29,867 nt of DNA, from the NCBI GenBank assembly GCA_041288045.1, contig JBGGMM010000104.1:1-29867 (forward strand), written 5' to 3'. Shown here piece by piece: positions 14,962 through 23,945 of the stretch. The translations under genes were made by a program, and so were the position numbers. Each line of letters opens with the position of its first letter. Position 1 is the first letter of the stretch. Below the pieces are notes generated by a model, which saw nothing but the letters and a program-made list of their open reading frames with translations, was not told the DNA's origin and did not search any database. The DNA is from Pseudobdellovibrionaceae bacterium. Lineage in GTDB: Bacteria > Bdellovibrionota > Bdellovibrionia > Bdellovibrionales > Bdellovibrionaceae.

Positions 14962-15597
14962 ATGAAAAACATTCTTTTTGCTCTGCTGACTTTCATCATT
15001 TTTCATTTGGAAATGGCTCAAGCTCAATCGCCTCGAGTCGGGCGAAAAGAAGCGGCCAAATATTTCAGTTCCGACTTGGAACCCAGTTCAGAAACTGCGA
15101 GCCGTGCGCCCAGCTCAGCCGGTGGCGATCGCCTCTTGATGCTGCATATTGGTGCTTACTCGCAAAGCGCTTCTTACAACTGGAAAGATTCTGACAAACG
15201 CCAAGGCGTTGGCAAGGCCACTTACGGAGTGACTTATCTGTATGATCAATGGAGTGGCATTGACGTCAACATCCGTTTTGATTTCAACGAATACAAAATC
15301 GACGATGAAAGCGCGACCAAGCTGAGTGCTATGCCACTTTGGACTTTCCCAATGTCCGAATCGCGATTCCCTCTCTATTTCGGCGCAGGGGTTGGGGCCG
15401 GAGTCTTCTTCACCCAGCTGCCGGAAGAATCCAATATTTCCTTCGATTATCAGCTGATCGCCGGAGCCCGATTCATGGATTTGATTGAAAATTTCGGCGC
15501 CTTCGTTGAATTCGGTTTGAAAAATCATTTGCATTTGCTTTCTGATGGGCAGTTTAACGGGACGGCTTGGTCGGCCGGCGCTGTCTTTACTTTCTAA
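14962..15597 (+). CDS. Putative small outer-membrane beta-barrel protein
   Basis: Signal peptide (AQA), alternating aromatic/Gly strands (LYFGAGVGAG, YQLIAGARF), C-terminal AGAVFTF beta-signal. Confidence 0.8.
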   Translation: MKNILFALLTFIIFHLEMAQAQSPRVGRKEAAKYFSSDLEPSSETASRAPSSAGGDRLLMLHIGAYSQSASYNWKDSDKRQGVGKATYGVTYLYDQWSGIDVNIRFDFNEYKIDDESATKLSAMPLWTFPMSESRFPLYFGAGVGAGVFFTQLPEESNISFDYQLIAGARFMDLIENFGAFVEFGLKNHLHLLSDGQFNGTAWSAGAVFTF

Positions 15598-16808
15598 TGT
15601 CGGGCCACGAACTCATTCATCGGCATTTGGTCGAAGCTCTTGCTCCAACTTTGAGCGAGATCTTTCAAAATTCACTTTATGCCGATAAAGCCATTGAAAA
15701 AGCTTTCAAATCCCATCGCAAGTGGGGCTCCCGGGATCGCAAATTTTTTGCTGAGCAAATCTATGAAATCGTCCGTTGGTGGAAGAAATATTGGTTTTTG
15801 CTCGATGAGGAAGAATCACTTCAACCAAATTCTTTGCTCAGGCTTTGGGGAGTTCACTGGCTGGTGCAAGGTCGCGAACTGCCTCATTGGCCTGAATTTC
15901 AAAATATCCAGTGGCCAGCGGAAACCGAAAAAAAGATGAAAAGCCAGCGCGCCGTGCTTGAGTCGATTCCGGATTGGTTGGATGAGAAAGGCGAAAGCGA
16001 ATTGGGGTCTCGGTGGGATTCGATTCTGCATTCGCTCAATGCACCTGCCAGCGTGGACTTAAGGGTCAATCGCTTGCGAGCTCAACGAGAACAAGTCCAG
16101 AAAGAACTTCTCAAAGAAGGAATCGAAACCCAACCCATTGCCACAGCCGAAGATGGCCTTGAGCTCGTTCAAAGGAAAAATGTTTTTTCCACCAAAGCTT
16201 TTCATTCAGGACATTTCGAAGTCCAAGATCGAGCTTCTCAGCAAGTCGCGCCTTTTTTGAAATTGGCACCTGGGCTTCGAGTGATCGATGCCTGTGCGGG
16301 AGCTGGCGGGAAATCCTTGCATATGGCCTCATTGATGAAGAACAAAGGGAAAATTATTTCCATGGACATTCATGAATGGAAATTGAAAGAACTGCGAAAC
16401 CGCGCCATTCGCAACGGTGTCGACGTGATCGAAACCAAAATCATCGAATCCAGTAAAACCATGAAGCGGATGGACCAATCAGCAGATCGAGTGCTTCTCG
16501 ATGTGCCTTGCTCAGGGCTTGGGGTTTTACGTCGAAATCCAGATGCCAAATGGAAATTGAAATCCACTGATTTTAAAACTTTGGCAGAAACCCAGGCTCT
16601 CATTCTGCAAAACTATTCGGGAATGACCAAGGTCGGTGGGCTTTTAGTCTACGCCACGTGCAGCTTTTTACCCTCTGAGAATGAATTGCAAATTGAATCC
16701 TTTTTAAAGGCCAACCCAGCTTGGGGGCTTGAAGAGCAGATTCGCATTGATCCTGATCAAGGTCGGGGTGACGGATTTTTCGCAGCCAGACTTATCCGCA
16801 AGAGCTGA
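15597..16808 (+). CDS. RsmB/NOP family RNA (cytosine-C5) methyltransferase
   Basis: LRVN, EVQD.ASQ, VIDACAGAGGKS, VLLDVPCSG.G..RRNPD, YATCS....ENE. ATG 15597 is coupled to the upstream TAA. Confidence 0.95.
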   Translation: MSGHELIHRHLVEALAPTLSEIFQNSLYADKAIEKAFKSHRKWGSRDRKFFAEQIYEIVRWWKKYWFLLDEEESLQPNSLLRLWGVHWLVQGRELPHWPEFQNIQWPAETEKKMKSQRAVLESIPDWLDEKGESELGSRWDSILHSLNAPASVDLRVNRLRAQREQVQKELLKEGIETQPIATAEDGLELVQRKNVFSTKAFHSGHFEVQDRASQQVAPFLKLAPGLRVIDACAGAGGKSLHMASLMKNKGKIISMDIHEWKLKELRNRAIRNGVDVIETKIIESSKTMKRMDQSADRVLLDVPCSGLGVLRRNPDAKWKLKSTDFKTLAETQALILQNYSGMTKVGGLLVYATCSFLPSENELQIESFLKANPAWGLEEQIRIDPDQGRGDGFFAARLIRKS

Positions 16809-16828
16809 TTTTCCGACAAGTTTTTCTG

Positions 16829-17386
16829 ATGAGAGTTCTGATTTTCTTCAGCAGTTTTATTTTTGCTCTTCCTGTTTTTGCCGGCTTGTATGGTGAATTC
16901 AACGGCTTTTACATGACGGATACATTTGTCCAAGACACCACTTCGCAAAATTCCAAAACCTTCTACGCTCTTGATGTCTACGCCAATTTAGAGAATAAGC
17001 ACTTTTTGTTTGGCGGATTTCATGTGGATCAGGTCAACCTTCAAGAAAACGACGGAACCACCACGAAGACTTTGACCAGTTTGAATATGGGACCCATGCT
17101 TTTATGGGTGATCGGTAAGTCCAAAATTTTCAGTTGGTCTGTGGGTTACAATTTGGTGGCCAACGGCACTTACAATGATGGCACATCTGAAAAAACTCTG
17201 ACTGGGACTGGAGTTCATTCAACCATTTCAGCCATGCCTGAAATCGCTGAAAATTTTTACCTCGGCCTGAAGCTCAATTATTACAGTCTCAATTACAATA
17301 AATCGGTGGTCGACAATTCGAGTTCGGATGTGACCTACTCCCGAACCCTGATCTTTCCTTCCTTCGGAATGGCCTGGCGTTACTGA
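16829..17386 (+). CDS. Putative outer-membrane beta-barrel protein
   Basis: Signal peptide (VFA), amphipathic beta-strand pattern, C-terminal FGMAWRY. Confidence 0.75.
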   Translation: MRVLIFFSSFIFALPVFAGLYGEFNGFYMTDTFVQDTTSQNSKTFYALDVYANLENKHFLFGGFHVDQVNLQENDGTTTKTLTSLNMGPMLLWVIGKSKIFSWSVGYNLVANGTYNDGTSEKTLTGTGVHSTISAMPEIAENFYLGLKLNYYSLNYNKSVVDNSSSDVTYSRTLIFPSFGMAWRY

Positions 17387-17440
17387 GGTCATTTTTTCAT
17401 TGATAAACATTACAATCCTCCCTTAAACCCCTGTGACTTG

Positions 17441-17469
17441 TTGCATCAAATGCGCTTCGGGACTAGATT
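17441..17469 (+). promoter_or_regulatory. Candidate sigma70-type promoter
   Basis: TTGCAT-N17-TAGATT, 48 nt upstream of ATG 17518, which has a strong GAGGAGG RBS. Confidence 0.5.
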
Positions 17470-17517
17470 GGGCCCGTGATTTTTATCACTCAAAAACGAA
17501 ACTTCTGAGGAGGAAAT

Positions 17518-18375
17518 ATGAAAAATTGGGGGTTCTCTCTCTGTGCAACTTTGGTGATTTCAGTGGCCGCTCAAGCGGAGCCGAAAGTGGATCACCGGTA
17601 TTTTGAAATTACCAGTATGGAAGTCAAACAAGTCGCTTCCCCAAAACTGAGCCTCAGGACATTCACTGGTTCAGCGATTGGGTCGTCTCTTTGTGGAGAC
17701 AATGGCGGATCGCCCTTCCAAGTGAAGAAAGTAAAACCAACTCTCGTTAAGCCAAATAAAGATTCAACGGAAACAGAAGCTCCAGAATCAACTCCTCAAG
17801 ATGTTCCGCCTCAGGATCCTTCTTCTGGGACGAGCATTTCTGATGTGACAGATTTGATCAATGCGATTTCTGGAACTGATATGATTTTTGATCAAGTGGT
17901 GAATCTCGGAAAAAAAGTCTGGAACTTGATTGATTCCGGAAAGCCAGTGGTCAATCTCAAAACAGATGTGGCAACGGCTCTTCCAGCCGGCGCTAAGTGC
18001 TGGTTGGATCTGCAGCTTTGGCAGGAGCCTCAGTCGGTTTCCTATCTGGTTTCTCTGAAGAACGGATATGGAATGGAAGTCGTTCGATTCGTTTATCGAA
18101 TCATCACTTTGACGGGTGGTTCAGTCGATGGTCGAGGTGCCTACATTGGTTACGCGACAATCCAGCCAGCTGAAGTGAAAGTGGCCTGGGGATTTCGTTT
18201 CAATGCCACAGTCACGGCTCCAACCGTCTATAATCTTGGCACCAGGGAAAATCCCGTGGGCGGGATGACATTGAATTTGAATTATCAAATTCAACCCATC
18301 TTGGGAATTGCGCACATCGAAGTCACAGAAGCGTTCCGACTCAATGGTCGCGGCGAATTGGTCAAGATGAACTAG
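17518..18375 (+). CDS. Secreted hypothetical protein
   Basis: Strong RBS, signal peptide (AQA), Pro/Ser/Thr/Glu linker, then an amphipathic helix and a beta-rich domain. Confidence 0.9.
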   Translation: MKNWGFSLCATLVISVAAQAEPKVDHRYFEITSMEVKQVASPKLSLRTFTGSAIGSSLCGDNGGSPFQVKKVKPTLVKPNKDSTETEAPESTPQDVPPQDPSSGTSISDVTDLINAISGTDMIFDQVVNLGKKVWNLIDSGKPVVNLKTDVATALPAGAKCWLDLQLWQEPQSVSYLVSLKNGYGMEVVRFVYRIITLTGGSVDGRGAYIGYATIQPAEVKVAWGFRFNATVTAPTVYNLGTRENPVGGMTLNLNYQIQPILGIAHIEVTEAFRLNGRGELVKMN

Positions 18376-18391
18376 TTCTGGTTTTTGAAAA

Positions 18392-19153
18392 TTAAAAGAA
18401 AAACTTGAGGCCGGATTGGATCCCTGTTCTTTGAATGGTGGAAATCACTCCGGCCTTGTCATTTTTTTGCATGTCTGAAAACCAATTGCCGAAGACTCGA
18501 ACCGGTCCAAAATCAATGAAAAGGCCCCCTTCGGTGCGTGAACCAGTGATGGTGCCCAGACTGACTTCTTCGGTTGCCAGGTACTGATTGTAGCGACCTT
18601 GAAGGCCAAAGTATTTGGTTAAATAAAGATTCAAATCAGCTCCTGCATAGGGATTCGAAAAGCGAACGACGGAGCCAGTGGCGTCTTCACCTTCACGAGT
18701 GCGAAGCCCATAGTGCAGGCTGAGATGGGTCCCTTGCACGGCGTTCCCCAGGATCCGCAAATTCAAAGCGCCCGAGAGGTCATTGTATTTTTCCTGCGAG
18801 TTGTTTTCGTAATCACCTTCAATGCCGATGATTGTGGCATAGGCACCCAGTCCTCCCGAGTAGCTTTGATATTCCTTTTCTTCAACTGTAGCTGGATCCA
18901 ACTTTGTTTTAAAAGTGTGGTAGGAGCCTTTTAAATAAAATTCGTAAGGGCTTGGTGCGTACATGGCCAGCCAGAGATCCATCATATGATTTCTCTCTTT
19001 TTGCTCGAGCCATTCTTGCAGAGTCCAGCGACTGCCGGCTTTGCTTTCAGCTTTCTGACGAAAATTGAAACGGCCTGAACTGCTGGAGCGATCGGCAGCG
19101 TGGACAGAAAATCCAATGAGAACCACAAGCCAAAACAGACGAAATGAGTTCAT
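18392..19153 (-). CDS. Putative outer-membrane beta-barrel protein with N-terminal helical extension
   Basis: AAGGAG RBS, signal peptide (VHA), helical RWTLQEWLEQKERN segment, alternating strands, C-terminal GLKFFF. Confidence 0.8.
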   Translation of the reverse strand: MNSFRLFWLVVLIGFSVHAADRSSSSGRFNFRQKAESKAGSRWTLQEWLEQKERNHMMDLWLAMYAPSPYEFYLKGSYHTFKTKLDPATVEEKEYQSYSGGLGAYATIIGIEGDYENNSQEKYNDLSGALNLRILGNAVQGTHLSLHYGLRTREGEDATGSVVRFSNPYAGADLNLYLTKYFGLQGRYNQYLATEEVSLGTITGSRTEGGLFIDFGPVRVFGNWFSDMQKNDKAGVISTIQRTGIQSGLKFFF

Positions 19154-19180
19154 AAAAAACTCCTTTCAGTTTGGAAGTCT

Positions 19181-20299
19181 TTAGTTGTAGCCGAGTTGAG
19201 GACCTTTCAAGTAAGCTTGCCACTGTTTCATCGAATAGCGAAATTCGATTTTTCGCAGCTCCATCTCCATTTTGATTTGAGCCAATTTGTCAGCCGAAGC
19301 TGTGCGATAGTCTTCCCGCAGCTTTTTCATTGCGGCTTGAGCTGAAAGTATTTTTTCGCGCAGTTGTTGAGTGACTTCTTCCGAGTATCCTTTGGACTGA
19401 ATTCGCAAGGCCTCCATGTGCAGGCGTGCTTTGAGAATTTCTTGCTGCGACATGCGTTTGAGTTTTTTTGCCAATCCCAAGAAAGCCAAAATGCGAATGG
19501 TCCATTTGGTCGGATCCCATTGATACCATTTGATTCCGTTTCGATAATCCAATTGAAAGTGGTGATGAAAATTATGGTAACCCTCTCCGTGTGTGAGAAG
19601 TGCGACAATAAAGCTATCGCGAGCTGAGACGTCTTCTGAATAGGTTTTGTGGCCTAAAGTGTGGCAGAGACTGTTGACGAAAAAAGTGCTCTGCTGAGTC
19701 AGAGAGATTCGCAAAGCTCCAGCAATCATCAAAGCGCCAAATGGGCAGCCCATAAAGTAGCCCACCCAAGCTGGAAATCCAAATCCCATGAAAATCGCAA
19801 TCGGAATGTAATACTTGTGTTGAATTCGAACCATCCAATCCTTTTCAAGATCTGGGGCTTTAGGATCTGGATCGGTGGAGTCTTTTAAAAACAGCCATCC
19901 CATGTGCGCATACCAAAAACCTTTGTTGATGCTGTAGGGGTCATGATCAGTATCCACTTTTCCATGGTGACGGCGGTGGTCCGCGGACCATTTCAGGGCA
20001 GAACCCTGCCAGGCCGAAGCCCCGATCAAAAGATAAAGTGCTCGCACAAGCGGGTGAGCTTCATAACTGCGATGGGAAAAAAGGCGGTGATAGCCGGCTG
20101 TGATGCTGAGATTGGTTGCGGCAGCAAAAATCAAAGTGAAAGTGATGAGCGGCCATGCGACCTGTTCGACCACGAAATAAATCGGCACTAAAACCAAAGC
20201 CAAAAGCGGAGTGATCAAAAGAAAGAGTGTCACTGGCCAGTCGATTCTTTGATGCCAAGGTTTTTGGGCCGTCGATAAATGAGTCTCATTCTGGGACAT
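19181..20299 (-). CDS. Membrane fatty-acid (delta-9 acyl-CoA type) desaturase
   Basis: Three His boxes HRLFSH, HRRHH, HNFHH; GEGYHN, DYRNG, DPTKW; AAGGAG RBS before ATG 20299; C-terminal coiled coil. Confidence 0.95.
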   Translation of the reverse strand: MSQNETHLSTAQKPWHQRIDWPVTLFLLITPLLALVLVPIYFVVEQVAWPLITFTLIFAAATNLSITAGYHRLFSHRSYEAHPLVRALYLLIGASAWQGSALKWSADHRRHHGKVDTDHDPYSINKGFWYAHMGWLFLKDSTDPDPKAPDLEKDWMVRIQHKYYIPIAIFMGFGFPAWVGYFMGCPFGALMIAGALRISLTQQSTFFVNSLCHTLGHKTYSEDVSARDSFIVALLTHGEGYHNFHHHFQLDYRNGIKWYQWDPTKWTIRILAFLGLAKKLKRMSQQEILKARLHMEALRIQSKGYSEEVTQQLREKILSAQAAMKKLREDYRTASADKLAQIKMEMELRKIEFRYSMKQWQAYLKGPQLGYN

Positions 20300-20450
20300 G
20301 GAAAACACTCCTTCTCGTACAGAGATCTTCTTTTAGTTTACTCGCAAACCAAGTCCATGGTTAAGTCTTTTTTCTGTCCAGAGTCAGATCGAGAAGTTGA
20401 GAGGATGATTTCAATTTGACTGGAGTCAGTATTCCATTGAGGATGTCAGC

Positions 20451-21512
20451 ATGCACTTTCACGAGACAGGTCCTTATTTGTTCCGAATTTCTGACAATTT
20501 AGGAGTCCAGTGGAATGGACTCAGTTTTATGCTGTCCCTTGTGGTGTCATTTGTATTTATGAGTTGGATGTCCTATCGGCAGCGCTCCGAGTTGGGACAG
20601 GCCCGAGTCGGAAGCTTTCTCATGAGTTGTGTTGCCGGGGCCCTGCTGGGTGGTCGCTTGGGTTTTTGTCTCTTTTATGCGCCCAGCCTTTTCTTGAAGT
20701 TTCGTGCGGAGTTTCCTTTTTGGGGAGTTTTAGCTCTTGATGAGGGCGGACTTTCCGCTTTTGGCAGCATTGTTGGTGTGGTTGTGGCTGCCACTATTTT
20801 CGCCATTCGCACTGGCGTCAGTCGAATTTACCTTTATGATCTGGTTGCTATTTGTGCACCTATTTCCATTTTCTTTTCCCGGGTCGCAAATTTCCTCACT
20901 GGCGAGTTTATTGGCCGAGAAGCTCCTGCGGATTTGACAATTTCAGTGAAATTTCCCACCGAGATTTTTCATTGGCCCGCTTTGCAGCCACAAAAGCTTC
21001 AACAGCTGACTCCCTTGGTAGAAAAAGTCGGGACTGATGCTGAGAAATGGCAGACTTTGTTATTGCAAAGCTCCGGGCAAGAGGAAGCGAGAGCTTCTAT
21101 CAGTCAAATTCTTTTTAAAGTTGTCGAGTCCGTTCAATCAGGCTCTCAAGACATGCGTGGATTGTTAGAGCCACTGCTCACGGCTCGACACCCAGTGCAG
21201 CTTTATGAAGCGGCTTTAGAAGGCTTTTGTCTCTTTGTCTTTTTGTTTTTTCTCTGGCGAAAGCCGAGATCGCCCGGAATTCTTTCGGCGACTTTTTTGG
21301 TTTTCTATTCCGCCATTCGAATTTTTGTCGATCAGTATCGCATGCCGGATCCGGTTTTAGGATTTGATCTCTTTCATCTTTTGCGCGGGCAGTGGCTGGC
21401 TATTGCCACTTTGGTCATTGGGCTGGTGCTGCTGTTTATTTGGGGTCGAAGAGAAACGCTGCTCAGTCCGGGGTGGGGGCGTGGGCATTCGGTGAAACTG
21501 CATCGACGCTAA
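20451..21512 (+). CDS. lgt: Prolipoprotein diacylglyceryl transferase (Lgt) family protein, divergent
   Basis: GGRLG..LFY, R.ANF..GE..GR, RHP.QLYEA.LEG, Y...R.....R.PD, GQWL. The canonical WYG and SFHGG motifs are altered. Confidence 0.85.
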   Translation: MHFHETGPYLFRISDNLGVQWNGLSFMLSLVVSFVFMSWMSYRQRSELGQARVGSFLMSCVAGALLGGRLGFCLFYAPSLFLKFRAEFPFWGVLALDEGGLSAFGSIVGVVVAATIFAIRTGVSRIYLYDLVAICAPISIFFSRVANFLTGEFIGREAPADLTISVKFPTEIFHWPALQPQKLQQLTPLVEKVGTDAEKWQTLLLQSSGQEEARASISQILFKVVESVQSGSQDMRGLLEPLLTARHPVQLYEAALEGFCLFVFLFFLWRKPRSPGILSATFLVFYSAIRIFVDQYRMPDPVLGFDLFHLLRGQWLAIATLVIGLVLLFIWGRRETLLSPGWGRGHSVKLHRR

Positions 21513-22759
21513 AACTCAAATTGAAAATTTTGAAATTCGCTTTCGCTGAGAGTTTTCTGATCTCCAGAAGTTAAATTTTTAACTGCCACCGATTGCGATT
21601 GCAATTCGCTCTCGCCAATGATGATGGCAAACTGGGCTCCCACCTTATTGGCGCGCTTCATTTTTTTCCCGACATTGCCACTCGTTGGCATTTCCACTCT
21701 CAGGCCTTTTAAGCGAAGCTGGTGAGAAATTTCCAGACATTTTTTTTCGGCTTTGTCATCGGCAGCAATCACGGCGACGGTTTTCAAGCTGGATTTGCAA
21801 AGCTCAGGGTCCATCAGCAAAGCCAATCGTTCCATTCCGGCGGCCCATCCCACGCCAGGGGTGTGAGGACCACCCATCTGTTCAATCAGGCCGTCATAGC
21901 GACCACCAGCAAGCACAGTGCCTTGAGCGCCTAGGTCGACTGTGACGAATTCAAACACGGTGTGGGTGTAATAATCAATTCCCCGAACCAAGCGGTCACT
22001 TTGCTCATAGGGGATTTTCAGTGCAGAAAGACCTTCGAGAACTTGATGGAAGAATTCTTTAGAAACGTCATTCAGACAATTTTTTAGAAGCGGAGCTTTT
22101 TCTAGAATTTTTTGATCACCAGAATCTTTAGAATCCAAAATTCGCAATGGATTTTTCTGCAGGCGAGTTTGTGAATCTGGCGAAAGATCTTTTTCAAATT
22201 CTTTCAGATAAGTGACGAGCAAATCGCGATGTTTTTTTCTGGATTCGGGATCGCCTAGGCTGTTGATCTCAAGTTTCACTCGCGAGCTCAGGCCCAGCTT
22301 GCTGAGGAGATCCCAAGCTAAGGCCAGGCTCTCCACATCGGCCGTCGGAGTTTCAAGGCCAAGGCATTCAACACCCAGCTGATGAAATTGGCGATACCGG
22401 CCTTTTTGCGGTCTTTCGTAACGAAACATGGGGCCTGAATAATAAATTTTCAGAGGCAGGTTTTGCGCCAGACCATTGGAGATAAAAGCGCGGGCGATTC
22501 CAGCTGTGCCTTCGGGACGCAAAGTCAGTGAATCACCACCCCGATCTTGAAAAGTGTAAGTCTCTTTGGAAACCATGTCGGAGGTTTCACCCAGAGTGCG
22601 GTGAAAAACGTCAGAAAATTCAAAAATTGGTGTCTGCAGTTCCTCATATCCGTAAAGACTGGCAGTTTGCAGGGCGAAATCGTCGATTTTACGAAAGGCC
22701 CGACAGGTGTCAGGGAGCAGATCTTGAGTGCCGCGGGCGGGCTGCAGTTTTTGATTCAT
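21509..22759 (-). CDS. hisS: Histidine--tRNA ligase
   Basis: [50 protein letters not shown], anticodon-binding domain. Confidence 0.99.
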   Translation of the reverse strand: MNQKLQPARGTQDLLPDTCRAFRKIDDFALQTASLYGYEELQTPIFEFSDVFHRTLGETSDMVSKETYTFQDRGGDSLTLRPEGTAGIARAFISNGLAQNLPLKIYYSGPMFRYERPQKGRYRQFHQLGVECLGLETPTADVESLALAWDLLSKLGLSSRVKLEINSLGDPESRKKHRDLLVTYLKEFEKDLSPDSQTRLQKNPLRILDSKDSGDQKILEKAPLLKNCLNDVSKEFFHQVLEGLSALKIPYEQSDRLVRGIDYYTHTVFEFVTVDLGAQGTVLAGGRYDGLIEQMGGPHTPGVGWAAGMERLALLMDPELCKSSLKTVAVIAADDKAEKKCLEISHQLRLKGLRVEMPTSGNVGKKMKRANKVGAQFAIIIGESELQSQSVAVKNLTSGDQKTLSESEFQNFQFEF

Positions 22760-22772
22760 ATGAGGAAAAATC

Positions 22773-22781
22773 TATTATAAA
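22773..22781. promoter_or_regulatory. Overlapping -10 elements (bidirectional promoter candidate) between hisS and the DUF3299 gene
   Basis: TATTATAAA: TATAAT on the minus strand (22779-22774) and TATTAT/TATAAA on the plus strand, in a 31-bp divergent gap. Confidence 0.5.
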
Positions 22782-22790
22782 GTGCCTCGG

Positions 22791-23252
22791 ATGTCCAAAA
22801 CCAAAATCATCGTTTTTGTTTCTGTTTTTTTGCTCTCTGTGACTGCTGGCATGGTGCTCTTTCAAAATCGTTCCACACTCAATCGGGGCGATTCTGTCGA
22901 AGTCGATTGGCGGCTCCTGGGGCAACTGGATTATATTTCAGGGAAGGCTTCGTCGGAGCTGCAAGCTTTAGATGGCAAAGAGGTCAGGATCCCAGGTTTC
23001 ATGGTGCCGCTTGAAGACAATATGAAAAAGGTCACAGAATTTTTGCTAGTTCCCAGTCCGCAAGCTTGTATTCACGTGCCACCTCCACCTCCGAATCAGA
23101 TGGTGCTGATTGAAATGGATGGGCGAGAGGACTCTAAAGTCGAATTTGGACCGATTTGGGTTTATGGCCGGCTGAATTTGAAACCAAAAAAACATCAGTA
23201 TGGGGAATCCTCCTTCACCATGAAGGGGATGCACATCGAAGCTTATCGGTGA
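22791..23252 (+). CDS. DUF3299 (ZrgD-like) protein
   Basis: LDGKEVRIPGFMVPLE, EFLLVP...ACIHVPPPPPNQMV, PIWVYG.L; N-terminal membrane anchor. Confidence 0.88.
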   Translation: MSKTKIIVFVSVFLLSVTAGMVLFQNRSTLNRGDSVEVDWRLLGQLDYISGKASSELQALDGKEVRIPGFMVPLEDNMKKVTEFLLVPSPQACIHVPPPPPNQMVLIEMDGREDSKVEFGPIWVYGRLNLKPKKHQYGESSFTMKGMHIEAYR

Positions 23253-23264
23253 AAGAGAGCTCGT

Positions 23265-23945
23265 ATGATCGAACTTCAAGGAGTTGAATTTCAATATCCC
23301 CGGGCTCATTTGAAGACCCTCGAGATTTCGAAATTAAAAATCGAAAAAGGCGAAAGAGTCTTTCTCTTTGGACCTAGTGGATCGGGAAAGTCGACTTTGC
23401 TTGAAATTCTGGCCGGAGTGCTAGTTCCGCAAAAAGGCTCAGTGCGGATTTTAAATCAGAAACTCGAAACTTTGAATTCCGCCCAGCGGGACCAGTTTCG
23501 GTCCGGACATTTGGGCTATATATTTCAGAGCTTCAATTTGATTCCTTATTTGAGTGTCGAAGAAAATATTTTGCTGCCACTTTCTTTCAGCCCGCTCAGG
23601 CGAGAACGATTGCAGGGAAAATCGCCAGTTTCGGAAGTCGAGCACCTTTGTCATCGTTTGGGAATCCTCAATTTGCGGCAAAGAAAAGTGACAGAGCTTT
23701 CCGTGGGCCAACAGCAAAGGGTGGCAGTGGCTCGAGCGCTTTTGGGAAATCCAGAAATCATTTTGGCAGATGAACCCACTTCGTCTTTGGATCATGATCA
23801 CCGCGAAAAATTTATTCAGCTGCTTTTTCAGATCTGTGAAGAAAAAAACACGACTCTTCTTTTCGTCAGCCACGATCGAAGTCTTGAAAAATTGTTTTCG
23901 CGGTCTCTATCTCTTCTGGATATCAATCAAGTGAGGGCTTTATGA
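23265..23945 (+). CDS. ABC transporter ATP-binding protein (LolD/MacB-like, ZrgB-like)
   Basis: Walker A GPSGSGKS, Q-loop FQSFNL, signature LSVGQQQR, Walker B ILADEPT, H-loop VSHD. Confidence 0.95.
   Translation: MIELQGVEFQYPRAHLKTLEISKLKIEKGERVFLFGPSGSGKSTLLEILAGVLVPQKGSVRILNQKLETLNSAQRDQFRSGHLGYIFQSFNLIPYLSVEENILLPLSFSPLRRERLQGKSPVSEVEHLCHRLGILNLRQRKVTELSVGQQQRVAVARALLGNPEIILADEPTSSLDHDHREKFIQLLFQICEEKNTTLLFVSHDRSLEKLFSRSLSLLDINQVRAL

Noticed and set aside
20300..20450. DesT/FabR-type operator upstream of the desaturase, including dyad TGACT-GG-AGTCA
   Set aside because: No convincing match to the operators I know and no such regulator nearby; the dyad is too short to call.
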